A stretch of 63,275 nucleotides of DNA, counting the filler, from Octopus bimaculoides (Eukaryota): the NCBI RefSeq assembly GCF_001194135.2. It is 7 parts of 6 records of this genome, joined end to end, with 100 filler letters (N's around TTAATTAATTAA, not from the genome) between each part and the next. Parts side by side here need not be neighbours in the genome. Positions count along the whole stretch, not along the records: positions 45,080 to 60,947 come from NC_068982.1; positions 61,048 to 63,275 come from NC_068983.1; 5 more parts are not named here. One strand, 5' to 3'. How positions within the stretch are numbered: the stretch's first letter is position 1; each line of letters opens with the position of its first letter. The notes beneath the pieces are model-generated. The model worked only from the letters and a program-made list of their open reading frames with translations. It did not search any database and was not told the DNA's origin. Of this stretch, positions 49,690-62,250 are shown piece after piece. Made by a program: the position numbers and the translations under genes.

Positions 49690-52470
49690 TTATTATAAAT
49701 CTTCCGCTAAGGAGGGAGCCGGTTTCCAACAAAGATACAAAGCTCCATCTCTGGGATGTAGTTAACACAGACAAATTTACATTTGGAACTTGAGAAAAGT
49801 CTTGCATATTTTTACTGTTCCACTCACAAATTGCACTAGTAATGTACGAATTAGCCGGTTGATTTCTCTTTCTGAAAATCCTAGTTTATCCAGATTCTCC
49901 TTTAAGCATTTACTAACAAAACCTAGTGCTCTAATAATTATTGGTATGAATATGAATTCATAGTATGGATATAGAAGCTGGAGGTTTCGTAGCAGTTGTC
50001 ATAGATATCCTCTTTTTCTTTGATTTTCAGAGAGATACTTCTATCTGCAGGACAGCTAACCTCTATGACGGTACATACCTTTGCCCTTCTGTCCCAAACA
50101 ACAATATTCTACCTGTTATGTTTACATTTGACAGAAGTTTTGATGGGAATATTCCACCAGTACTCCTTGAGCTGGTGTTTATAAATGTATTCCATAGCAG
50201 AGGGATTTTCTAAGTCTATTTCAGGACAGTCTTTTTTGCGGATGGCATTATAAATTGTTTTAGCGACAACATCGTGCCGCATAGGGAGGTAGTACCGTGA
50301 CGACATTTTAGGACAGCAGCTAATCATATGCGTGATGTCTTCCACAGAAACATGACATAGCCTACAGATGCGGTTGCACCTTGGGATTACAAGAGCGTCA
50401 TTGTATCTCTTGTTCACCAGATACTTTGTGGCAATCTCCTGTTCCTGAATTGCAAACGCTTGGCCTTCAAAGTGTGATGTGATGTAGTGGTCTTGTGTAC
50501 AAGAGAGGCTGCACTTCGTGTCAATTCTACTGTCTTCTTCAAGCTTCCGGGCAACATACCCATGCATAGTCTTTTTTTTTTGTATGCTGAGTGCTTTCCA
50601 TCCAGGTCTTCTCTGATGTAAGAGAGCCCTGTTGTTTTGAGGCTGTATAGGAGATCATCGGGAAGAGAGTTCTTCTTGAGGAGCTCGCTGCCAACTCGTA
50701 CAATGCTGCTTACTTCACTTTTCAGCATTGCATTTATATATTTATTTTTGTTGCTGTTGTTCAGCAGGTGCTGCCTGAGTGATACCATACAGCATTCGAA
50801 GGCCGTCTGAACTGATCTCAGGCCTCTACCACCTTCATTTCTTCTTAGGTAGACCCTGTCAACATCATTGTTTTTGTGGAAGTTCCCAGTTGTCAGGATT
50901 TTGCGGGCTTTGATATCTATAGAGTGGATTTCCTCTACAGACCAATCAAGTATCTCAGATGTTGGGATCAGTACTGGTACTGCAAATGCATTGTGGGATA
51001 TTGTTTTGTTGTAAGAGGAGAGTTCCGACTGCTATATTTTCCTAAGTCTGGTGTAATGTTCTCGGGTCACTCTATCTTTATTGACAGCGCCTTCATATGA
51101 TACATTTTCGTCTGTGCCTAGGTACTTGTAACATTCTTTGTGTGGAATGGGGGAGATAGAGAGACCGTTGATGCACAGGTTTTCAGTTTAGGGGACTGAC
51201 TTTCTTCGTTCGGTAACCAAATATGAACATTTCTTTTGGCCAAATTCCATGCCTGTATTAGCTGAAAATGTTGTTATTAATTCCAATTGCTTTTTTTGGC
51301 ATTGTTAACACTTTTAGCATAAATCTTGAGGTCATCTACACAGAAATTATGAGTTACATTGATATTTCTAGCAGTTGAAGATCTTAGCATATAACCATTT
51401 GTTTTCTCGGTTGGAAGGGTGAGAATTGTTGTCCACGTCTTTGTGAGTCTCTCTATAGCAGTAATTAGTGTGGTAGGTACTTTTGTCAAATGTAGACACT
51501 TCAACAGCCATGAATGAGGGATAGAGTCGAATGCCTTCTTATAGTAAAGCCATACTGTCACAAGGTTTCTACGTTGTTTTCTTACTTCAGACAGTACAGC
51601 TTTGTTTATTAAAAGTTGTTCGGCACATCCCTACACACCCTTTTTTCCACCAGCCTGTTCATCAGTCACAATGTTGTTCGACACACAAAGGTCCTGGAGG
51701 AATAGGTTGAGGCAACTTGTATACAGTTTGTACACAATGTTTAGACAAGCAATAAGCCTGTAATTTCCTGCCATCTCGGTGATTTCATTTTTGGCAACAA
51801 GATTTATCCTTGCTGTAGCAAGCCAATGTAGTATATCACTCTGACCTTCCATAGTCCTTTTGAAGATACATATCAATTGGTTTCTATAAAATGTCAGCTT
51901 CTTGTACCAATATCCAACTATTAGATCCCTTCCAAGTGCCTTCCCATTCTGCAGTTTGCCTACTGCTACAGTGAAGTTTTCTGCATCAATTTTGTATGTT
52001 TTACTGTTAGTGTTGGTACAGTATTCTCTCTCAATTGTATTTGACCATGATGCATCCAGATTGAAATCCCTTTTTTCGTTTCAAATTTTTGACCAGAATG
52101 ATTGTAGATCTTCTTAAGAGGGAGCTTTCTTAAGGGTAATATTTTCCTTCCTCATCTCTCCGTATAGTGTTTGTGGTTTGGAAACAAACTTGCGATTGAT
52201 ACTGGCTCGTTCAAAAATTCGCATGCGATAGCGGAGTTTCTCTTTCATCTCGTTCATCGGAGTTCATGTTTTAAAGCGATTAGCTTTCCCTCAAGAGCTC
52301 GGTGTGAAGAGTTGCCATAAAGTTTCGTTAATTTTTGTCTAAGGTAGAGTTGGTGAAGTGTAAACTCATTTTTCTCCTTACATTTTATTGTTGTCGTTAA
52401 CCAGCCGATATAGCGGCGCTCATTGTTGATGTTTTTTCCCATCTAGGTTGTTTTCGTTTAGTAATTTCGT
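49690..52470 (-). mobile_element. R4/Dong-like RLE non-LTR retrotransposon, 5'-truncated and frameshifted (RT, CCHC zinc knuckle, RLE)
   Basis: RT pieces: NYRLIACLNIVYKLYTSCL...DEQAGGKKG; WL.YKKAFDSIPHSW; HNFCVDDLKIYAK. CCHC: CRLCHVSVEDITHMISCC, then RHDVVAK. RLE: KCKHNR*NIVVWDR..KVCTVIEVSCPAD, with the catalytic PD destroyed. Confidence 0.9.
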
Positions 52471-52613
52471 TACTATGTATGTATGTATGTATGTATGTAT
52501 GGTTGGATGGATGGTTGGATGGATGGATGGACGGATGTATGGATGGATGGATGGATGTNNNNNNNNNNNNNNNNNNNNNNNNNNNNNNNNNNNNNNNNNN
52601 TATATATATATAT

Positions 52614-53514
52614 ATGGTGGGTGGAAAGTAACTAGGCATTAGAAATTGCTTATAGAAATTTAAGTATCCTAGAGGTCATGACGAAAACATTTTTTAAACA
52701 TACAACACTAATGGGAATTTCTTATTTTCTTATTGTCTTATTTCTTATTTTTTTTAATTTTCCACACGGCCGGTCGCTTGACTGTTCAGAGCGAGTTAAG
52801 ATAGCAGCACGCTATGAAGTATTGAATTCCATTGTTTTGGTTCAGAGATGGTGGCGTGCATGGAAAGGTAAGCACGCAACACTACGTCCGGAGACAATAA
52901 AAAGTTGTCATACAAAACTGATGATCACAGGCTCTGTAAACGATGCAAGAAGTGGCCGTCCAACCACATCCCGATCAGCGGAGAACGTGGCAACCGTGCA
53001 GGAAATGTTTAATCAGAGCCCGCAAAAATCAACACGTCAAGCAGCTCGTGAAAGTGGATTAACAAGACACACAATACGTACGGTGTTGCATAAAGAACTG
53101 AATTTTCGTCCGTGGAAATCCTATTACGTGCAGGAGCTAAAACCTGAAGACTGTGACCGCGGAAATCAAGAAGTCGAGAACTCTCTAAGAAGTCCAGATC
53201 TCATTCCATGTGATTTTTACCTGTGGAGTTATGCAAAAGAGGTGTACAAGACAAAACCTCACACACTGGAGGACTTGGACATGGATTTAGGAGGTTCTCA
53301 ATGATATCCCAGACAACGTCCTTCAGAAGGTTGTTTATTCCAACCCTGGCCGTTTGAGGAAATTGGTTGACGCCACCAGTGCTTATGTTGAAATATGAAA
53401 ATTTACTTTCATTTTCACTTGTAATAAAGAACATGTATCATTTGTTTCCGTAAATTTGTAAAAGAAATATGGATTTTATTACCAATTTTAATGCTTACTT
53501 ACTTTTCACCCACC

Positions 53515-53517
<3 letters not shown>
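52614..53517 (+). mobile_element. Tc1/mariner DNA transposon with both TIRs and an internally deleted transposase (ORF 52678..53304)
   Basis: TIRs are ggtgggtggaaagtaactaggcattagaaattg and caattttaatgcttacttacttttcacccacc. The protein keeps the HTH (VQRWWR; GSVNDARSGRPTTSRSAENVATVQEMFNQSPQKSTRQAARESG) and RSPDLIPCDFYLW, but lacks the region carrying the first two catalytic Asp. Confidence 0.9.
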
Positions 53518-53581
<64 letters not shown>

Positions 53582-53599
53582 ATCATTGTGGTTGTTGCT

Positions 53600-54750
53600 C
53601 TTGTTATTTAATCGGAGGAAACGCCATTTCAATGACCTTGACAATCACTCACAATAGGCGGCCACTTTGATTTACGTAATTTTTCTTAGTGATTACAATA
53701 CAAACTTTTACGCCCTTCTTTACTTCTTCCTGACGACACTCCTACACATACGATACAACAATTTCTTTGTCGATGACCTTCTGCATACAAGCATAATTCA
53801 CACAACCTAGACACATCATGTCATTTGCTCCTATAATATAACATTCTTTAGACTAGTTTCCTTTAAGAGAACCAAGGTGCAGCCATTACGCGTATCTAAG
53901 AAACAATCTTGCATTACACATTCCTAAAGCATGAACAATATAAATTGTAGCAGGAATGCTGGCAGAATTCCTAATAGCAACTCATTGCCTAGGAATTGAA
54001 CCCAAATCATTCTGTTTCGGCATACAAATAAGTATAGACATCCAAACAGGATTTTGTTGGGGATTGATGACGTCGACAAGCCATTCAAATCCTTAGTTGA
54101 CACATTAAGAACATATTTTTGTCAATAAGTGGGCTGACTAACGGAAACACAATAGACCAACAGATGCTTAGAATTCCGGTTGTAAACAGTGTATTGGAAT
54201 ATCATTAACGATTTTGTCTTAGGCGGCTTTTCTTTGATAGATCATTAGGGGTATATAGATGGTTTATTGACCAGTAATCGGGATACAACTAAAGTCAACA
54301 AGCTGAAGGAACCTACACCACGCAACTTCGGCTACAGAATGCAAAGATTACTACACTCAACTATCATTATTGTCGTACCCATCTCTCATGGACGTCACAA
54401 CGACTACCTTTTTTAATCAACGATAAATATTTTTGCATTTGGATTTCACGGAATTTTTTTCTTCAGTCAATCATCCAAATACAAAGCTAAAAAAACAATC
54501 AAAGTTCTTACAACTATAACGCCTAACTTCAATCATTGACAATCTCTTGTACTTAGCTCACATATGCAATATTGTAAAAGACAAGACAAAGGGCTAGAAT
54601 TCGTCTTCCAAATCAGAAATAATTTCAACATCGAACAATTGCTGGATCTTCATAAACCAAAGTTAAGACCCACAATGGAAGACTGCTCTCGTATCAAGGA
54701 TGGTGTTATAACGAGGTACACAAACAATCCTTAGCCTGCATAAAAATATG
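53600..54750 (+). mobile_element. Very degenerate LINE-like relic (possibly L1/Tx1 ORF2)
   Basis: Complex, coding-like composition with only faint motif echoes and no open frame. The assignment is tentative. Confidence 0.25.
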
Positions 54751-55193
54751 ACCGTCCGGCTGATTAATAATGATTCACTCAGCAATACGTTATCGCCCAA
54801 AGTTCACGTGTCGTTTCTTCTCTTCCTTTCTCTCTTCCTCTCTCTCATCCTTTCCCTCTGTTTCTGTCTGTCTGTCTGTCCCCCCTCTCTCTCTCTCTCT
54901 ACTATAGCAGGAGCAGTCCCAGGTCCAAGCTAGCAAGCTGTATATCAACCGACTCATTGACCTCGCTACATCTCATCACTTCCTATGTCTCACAACTAAA
55001 ACCCTTCGAACACTAGTCCCTTCGCCTTATCTTTTCTCTTATGATCCTTTCCGGCGTTCTTCCCATCTTGCCTTGACTTAATAAACTGTATGTACAGTTG
55101 AATTTAAATCGTTTTAAATCGCCATCATAAATCCTCACATTTGGTCTCTACTGTTTCAATTTCTAAGACTATATTCAACGGAACAAAACTAAA

Positions 55194-56024
55194 CTTCAAT
55201 TCATTTTCAACACACCGAGTAAATAAAACCAATTCTATATATTTTCATGTATTTTTCACATACGACTATAAAACGACAATATAAGTCAGATTCAATGTGT
55301 TGCTGAATTCAATTTATTATACGCTATTGAAAACGCTTATAATTAAGGACCCATTCTAATTAGACCTTAAATTAACATCCTGCCTCGAACCATCATTTTT
55401 TTTCTTGGGAGATACATGGAGATTCGTCGAAGCGTTACGTCTTTTACACACATCTGTGGTATTATTTGTAACTATGTAACTATTATATAGCAACAAATAA
55501 TGACAGAGAGGAGTATAAAAATCAATACTTATAAGAAATCAATACTTATAAAAGTAGATAAGTATTGATTTCATCCTCGTGACCATGCTAATTGGATGTC
55601 GTCTATGTCACCTCGAAATGGGTGAAATTGAGTCGTATCAACTTTTAAAGTTACATTGGAGAAAGATTGAAAGATTGATTAAATTAAGTATTGTCAGAGA
55701 TGCGTGTGTTGTTAGGTTTTAGGAAATATAATGTATTTTACGTATTTTACTCATTTTAAGATGAAATCTTTTCCATTGAAATACCTCGAAAACATCTCCA
55801 TGTATCTTCCATGTAAAAAAAAAAGATGGGTTGAAGCAGGATGTTAATTTAGGGTCTAGTTAGAATGGGTCCTTAATTATAAGCATTTTCAATAGCGTAT
55901 AATAAATTGAATTCAATAACACATTGAATCTAACTTATATTGTCATTTTACGGTTGTGTGTGGAAAATACATGAAAATACACAAAATTCATTTTATTTTC
56001 TCGGTGTGTTGAAAATATTGAAGG
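55194..56024. mobile_element. Foldback/MITE-like element with about 225-bp terminal inverted repeats
   Basis: The left arm attttcaacacaccgag...ataattaaggacccattctaattagacc...gatacatggagat (55203-55422) is the reverse complement of atctccatgtatc...ggtctagttagaatgggtccttaattat...ctcggtgtgttgaaaat (55794-56016). Confidence 0.9.
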
Positions 56025-56711
56025 CTGCAGCAACACAGCCCAGCTTTAACAATGCTTGTTTACTACTGGTGGTACTTCGGCACTAGCTACATCATCTTTG
56101 ATGAGTCACACTGTTTTCTAGCACGTGCATCAAAGAAACACTTTCTATACAATCGCCTTAAATTAGAGGTTATATAAGACATAATTAAAAGAACTTGGCA
56201 ACAGGACAGTCGTATAATACTTCAAAACATCGCTGTTAAAATGAGGGCTTGTCAGGGGAGAAAACTGGTATTTAAGACACTAAAGGAACCTTTAAATGTC
56301 CTCAACCAGCCAGAGATCTCCACTTTCATCAAACGCCTTGAGGGACACAAGGCTTGAAATACGTAAGCTTCATAAATAATGAGGTGTAAACCCAATGTCC
56401 TACATTGTTTCTGTTTAAGTCTTGTAAAAATAGCACAAAGGAGCTATCTTTTTTGCTATTATTTAAGTTTAAACCATTATTAAGAAATAAACGAAAGAGG
56501 AACAGAGACACTCGATACATGATGATGGATTTATTTATTTACTGGAAGGAAAGACATTACATCGAATTTCACGTTTGTTGCCTGAAGATCAACAATTCTA
56601 AAATTCGGAAGAGCGACAGAAGAGCGTCTTGCAGTAAAGAAATAAATTCTATGCATCTGCTGAGCTCTGTTTTCTCTCTTGTTTGTAAAGTGTCTGAAAG
56701 ATATTCTACGA

Positions 56712-56965
56712 CAGTGATCTCCTACCTTTTTTTGCTCCACGGACCGGTTTCATGCAAGACAATTTTTCCACAGACCGAGGTATCAATGAAGTGCATAATA
56801 TAATTTAATTATTACATATATAATACATGTATAAGGCAAAAACATTCTGCAGACTGCAATAGTCAATAAAATAGAAGTAAAATCTTAAAATTCATTCTTT
56901 TTGTGTGACATAGTACCAAATGATCTACTGCCCGGAACTGGTCTGCGATCAGCTGGGGATCCTTA
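56712..56965. mobile_element. hAT-Charlie (MER1-like) MITE
   Basis: cagtgatctcctacctttttttgctccacggaccggtttcatgcaagacaatttttccacagacc matches the MER1-type 5' end. The 3' end ggtctgcgatcagctggggatcc is decayed. Confidence 0.65.
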
Positions 56966-56969
56966 CTTG

Positions 56970-57445
56970 ACGACATTGGAAGGCTGTCGGCGTTGATCTC
57001 AAGCCCCTACCTCTTTCATTTCTTCTCAGAGTCAGCAAATATCTCTGGTTCTGTGGAAGTTTTCAGTTTGTGTGAGATTCTTATAGATACTAATGTCTAT
57101 GGAGTGGATATCCTCCACAGGCCAGTTAAGTATCCCAAGTATTGGTATCAATATTGGTACTGCAAATGCATTGTGGAATATTGTCTTGTCGGAGAACTCC
57201 GGTTGCCATATTTTTTTGTTTGGTGTAATATTCTCGGGTCACTTTATTTTTATTCACTGCTCCTACGTATGCTTTCATCAACGCTTAGGTACTTATAGCA
57301 TTCTTTGTGTCAAACAGGAGAGATAATAAGACCGTTGATGCACTGGTTTTAGATTTAGGCGACTGATTTTCCACGTTCAACAATCATATCAACATTTCCT
57401 TTTTGGCAAAATCCCTTTCTATGAAAGCTGAAAATTTCGTTAGAT
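56970..57445 (-). mobile_element. Third fragment of the R4/Dong-like family (RT region)
   Basis: Clearly homologous to 50800-51270, for example tggtactgcaaatgcattgtgg.atattg, ttctcgggtcact and gaccgttgatgcac.ggttt. Confidence 0.85.
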
Positions 57446-57469
57446 CCAGCTGTTATCTTTTACTCTTTT

Positions 57470-57713
57470 ACTCTTTTACTTGTTTCAGTCATTTGACTGT
57501 GGCCATGCTGGAGCATCGCGTTTTTAGTCGAAGAAATCGACCCCAGGACTTATTCTTTGTAAGCTTAGTACTTGTTCTATCGTTCTCTTTTGCCGAACCG
57601 CTAAGTTACGGGGACGTAAACACACCAGCATCGGTTGTCAAGTGATGTTGGGGGAAAACACAGACACACAAACATATACATACACAAATATATATATATA
57701 TACATATATACGA
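57470..57713 (-). mobile_element. SINE family B, 3' half
   Basis: tcttttacttgtttcagtcatttgactgtggccatgctggagc...gggacgtaaacacaccagcatcggttgtcaag. Confidence 0.85.
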
Positions 57714-58538
57714 NNNNNNNNNNNNNNNNNNNNNNNNNNNNNNNNNNNNNNNNNNNNNNNNNNNNNNNNNNNNNNNNNNNNNNNNNNNNNNNNNNNNNNN
57801 NNNNNNNNNNNNNNNNNNNNNNNNNNNNNNNNNNNNNNNNNNNNNNNNNNNNNNNNNNNNNNNNNNNNNNNNNNNNNNNNNNNNNNNNNNNNNNNNNNNN
57901 NNNNNNNNNNNNNNNNNNNNNNNNNNNNNNNNNNNNNNNNNNNNNNNNNNNNNNNNNNNNNNNNNNNNNNNNNNNNNNNNNNNNNNNNNNNNNNNNNNNN
58001 NNNNNNNNNNNNNNNNNNNNNNNNNNNNNNNNNNNNNNNNNNNNNNNNNNNNNNNNNNNNNNNNNNNNNNNNNNNNNNNNNNNNNNNNNNNNNNNNNNNN
58101 NNNNNNNNNNNNNNNNNNNNNNNNNNNNNNNNNNNNNNNNNNNNNNNNNNNNNNNNNNNNNNNNNNNNNNNNNNNNNNNNNNNNNNNNNNNNNNNNNNNN
58201 NNNNNNNNNNNNNNNNNNNNNNNNNNNNNNNNNNNNNNNNNNNNNNNNNNNNNNNNNNNNNNNNNNNNNNNNNNNNNNNNNNNNNNNNNNNNNNNNNNNN
58301 NNNNNNNNNNNNNNNNNNNNNNNNNNNNNNNNNNNNNNNNNNNNNNNNNNNNNNNNNNNNNNNNNNNNNNNNNNNNNNNNNNNNNNNNNNNNNNNNNNNN
58401 NNNNNNNNNNNNNNNNNNNNNNNNNNNNNNNNNNNNNNNNNNNNNNNNNNNNNNNNNNNNNNNNNNNNNNNNNNNNNNNNNNNNNNNNNNNNNNNNNNNN
58501 NNNNNNNNNNNNNNNNNNNNNNNNNNNNNNNNNNNNNN

Positions 58539-58594
<56 letters not shown>

Positions 58595-60149
58595 ACGAAC
58601 AGAAACGTCTGGAACTGTCTAAATTCCAACAAAAGAGCCTTATCACAGTTCTTTATTTTCTTGTAAACAATAAAATTCAATAAAATCTAAGAACGCCCAG
58701 GCACACAAATACAGACACACACGCATACACACTCATACATTCATTATAACATACACATAAATGTACATATACGTATACCATACATATAGGGATGCACACG
58801 CGCGCACGCACACACACACACACACACACATTCTCGGTAATACGATCATATATATACACATAGATATAGACATAAAGTATATATATGCATGCATATGTAA
58901 ATATATTTATACATACATATGAGCATACATATATACATATTTGCAGACTATCTTCATAAATACATACATACCTTCATACATACATACATACATACATACA
59001 TACATACATTCATGCGTACATATATACATACATGCATACATACATACATACATACGTACGTACATACATGCATGCATACATACATACATACATACATACA
59101 TACATACATACATACATACATACATCTTTGCTATTATTTGAACTCAAACAAAAGAATGTTATCACTATTAAAAAGAGGCAAACCAACCAACATATTCCAA
59201 AGAAAATGAAAGCACACACACACACACACACACACACGCATTGACATACTTGCCATACATGTATAGACATGTGTCATCGAACTTGGCTCAAAAAAACCTC
59301 TGTACTNNNNNNNNNNNNNNNNNNNNNNNNNNNNNNNNNNNNNNNNNNNNNNNNNNNNNNNNNNNNNNNNNNNNNNNNNNNNNNNNNNNNNNNNNNNNNN
59401 NNNNNNNNNNNNNNNNNNNNNNNNNNNNNNNNNNNNNNNNNNNNNNNNNNNNNNNNNNNNNNNNNNNNNNNNNNNNNNNNNNNNNNNNNNNNNNNNNNNN
59501 NNNNNNNNNNNNNNNNNNNNNNNNNNNNNNNNNNNNNNNNNNNNNNNNNNNNNNNNNNNNNNNNNNNNNNNNNNNNNNNNNNNNNNNNNNNNNNNNNNNN
59601 NNNNNNNNNNNNNNNNNNNNNNNNNNNNNNNNNNNNNNNNNNNNNNNNNNNNNNNNNNNNNNNNNNNNNNNNNNNNNNNNNNNNNNNNNNNNNNNNNNNN
59701 NNNNNNNNNNNNNNNNNNNNNNNNNNNNNNNNNNNNNNNNNNNNNNNNNNNNNNNNNNNNNNNNNNNNNNNNNNNNNNNNNNNNNNNNNNNNNNNNNNNN
59801 NNNNNNNNNNNNNNNNNNNNNNNNNNNNNNNNNNNNNNNNNNNNNNNNNNNNNNNNNNNNNNNNNNNNNNNNNNNNNNNNNNNNNNNNNNNNNNNNNNNN
59901 NNNNNNNNNNNNNNNNNNNNNNNNNNNNNNNNNNNNNNNNNNNNNNNNNNNNNNNNNNNNNNNNNNNNNNNNNNNNNNNNNNNNNNNNNNNNNNNNNNNN
60001 NNNNNNNNNNNNNNNNNNNNNNNNNNNNNNNNNNNNNNNNNNNNNNNNNNNNNNNNNNNNNNNNNNNNNNNNNNNNNNNNNNNNNNNNNNNNNNNNNNNN
60101 NNNNNNNNNNNNNNNNNNNNNNNNNNNNNNNNNNNNNNNNNNNNNNNNN

Positions 60150-60947
60150 GCCCATCACTCTGCTCAACGCAGATTTGAAAATTTTGGCGAAAGTAATAGC
60201 CGAGAGGTTGGCGCTTGTCATCGATAAACTGGTCGACAAGGCGCAAACATGCGCCGTGCCGGGCAGAAGCATTCATGACAACCTCCACCTCATGCGCTAC
60301 ATCATGGACAGGGTAGTTAAGGATCCTGGCATGGGTGGGGCGCTGATCAATTTAGATCAATCTAAAGCCTTCGATAGGGTCGACCATCGATACCTGGCGG
60401 CCGTCCTCAGGGCAGCTGGCTTTGGTCCCGTCTTCCGCGGTTGGATCGCTGCCTTGTATAGCGGTGTAGTGACGTCATTTGGCGCCAAAATACAGTCGCC
60501 GTTACTGCGCTTTAATCCACGCATGCGCAGGGAATAGTTCCAGAAGGAACACGGGAAGAGTCTGATGCGCATGCGTGGAATTCAACATCTAAACATTCCC
60601 GCTCAATTCATTCTCTTTCTCGGTCGGCCGGCCATGAGCATGGACGTGTCAAGCTGTCTCTCCAGCACTCTAACTCTGGGGACAGCTCATTCCAACATTC
60701 CAACGTCTCAGCAACCAAGCCTATTTCCTCCATAAATAAATATTGTTGTGTTGATAGTTCAGAGTTCTGCGTTCCGTTATTATTTAGAATTTAATATAGG
60801 AAAGCGGGTGTACACCTAATGGTGTATAACCACATTCCTATAGCGGCATCCGATCGGTAATTCGGGTAAACGGTCACCTGTCAAAACCGTTCGACATCAC
60901 GCGTTCGGTCCGTCAGGGATGTCCCCTGTCGGCGCTTCTGTATGTAT
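60150..60947 (+). mobile_element. L1/Tx1 LINE RT fragment, young and in-frame, split by an insertion
   Basis: PITLLNADLKILAKVIAERL...QTCAVPGRSIHDNLHLMR...LDQSKAFDRVDH...WIAALYSG, then the insertion, then YSGIRSVIRVNGHLSKPFDITRSVRQGCPLSALLYV. Confidence 0.92.
60465..60838 (+). mobile_element. Solo-LTR-like insertion inside the L1 RT
   Basis: Starts TGTAG and has CCACA at 60830-34, plus 4 extra nt (ttcc). AATAAA lies at 60735-40. It is flanked by the direct repeat tatagcgg (60457-64 and 60839-46). Confidence 0.65.
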
Positions 60948-61559
60948 NNNNNNNNNNNNNNNNNNNNNNNNNNNNNNNNNNNNNNNNNNNNTTAATTAAT
61001 TAANNNNNNNNNNNNNNNNNNNNNNNNNNNNNNNNNNNNNNNNNNNNTATATATATATATATATATATATTTATTTATATATGTATATGTGTGTGTTTAT
61101 GAAAAAGTGGCGGGATAAAAATTATAATGAACATATAGGTGCGTATTGTATCTATATCATAATAAATATATTGAGACTTCTATGATCAATATTTTCCACG
61201 TGCACTTAATCATATTAATGTAATCAGTTAAATTTGACATTTCATACTTTTTCTTTTATTAAATTTTGGGAAGGTTAGCCCTCTAATGGAAAAATACTAA
61301 TTGAATTAAGAATTACAAAGTTAGAAATTTTAAATCTTTCACTTCAATTCTTTAATGCATATATCATATGAGAGGTGATTTTTTAATAAAATGTGAAAAG
61401 ATATCACTCGACAAATTTGATAATTACCTATGATGAGTGAGTGTAAATATAAATAATGTAGGGAAATATTTTAGGGAGACACGTTCTTTTCATTTCTTTC
61501 CTTCTTCGTTAACTCCTCGTCTGAGAATCTTACGGAGAACATCCGGCGATGTTTATGAA

Positions 61560-62250
61560 TTTGTTAAAAGGGGGGAAAAGCAAATGATCACAAACTATAT
61601 ATCAGAACTGAAAAAATACCTGTACGGATATTTATCATAATACTATGTAGTTTGGTATGAGTAAACAAGCAGTATTTATAATGGAGATATGTCGAACAAT
61701 CACATGGGAGAAAAACACTACAAGATAATATCGTTAAGTCGCTGAAGGAGAATGAAAGTATGCAGATGTGCTCCAGGGTGATACGGTAGTAGAAGAGGAC
61801 ATGATAGAAAATCTTCAAAGCCTACAAGAATAGTATCGATGATAATGCCTGAAGCAAATCTACCTAGAGATTGTCAAGGCCCTCATCATGTTGAGTATGC
61901 CAGAGTCCATATACCCTGCTCTTTTTTTTATAGTAAATTAAAACACGTCTACAGGAAAGGAAATGGGAGATGTTTGGAAAATTCAGAAGACAACATCAGA
62001 ACTGCGATTTTGGGTTTGAATTATTTAGATTGCATCAAATGTGTTTAGAAATATCAAACAAGGAATGGAAACAACGAAAAATTATAATTTAAAGAACGAC
62101 AGGGTTAGTAGTCAGTAAGAGAAAGGGCTATATTGCTAACTCATGCAACAAAGAAAAATGAGGATTTGGGAAAGGGAAAACTAATTTTGTGTCTGAACGA
62201 TGGAACCTGATAAGAGACATTGCAACGAATATCTTGGTAAAATCAACGGA
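61560..62250 (+). mobile_element. Degenerate LINE relic (RTE-like RT C-terminal region)
   Basis: Only weak echoes, such as YLEIVKALIM and ILGLNYLDCI. Many stops. Confidence 0.25.

Noticed and set aside
494-59270. Numerous ORFs rich in X, HT/YI/CV/SL dipeptides or homopolymers
   Set aside because: They are translations of N gaps and (CA)n, (TA)n, (GA)n, (TACA)n and trinucleotide microsatellites, with no domain content.
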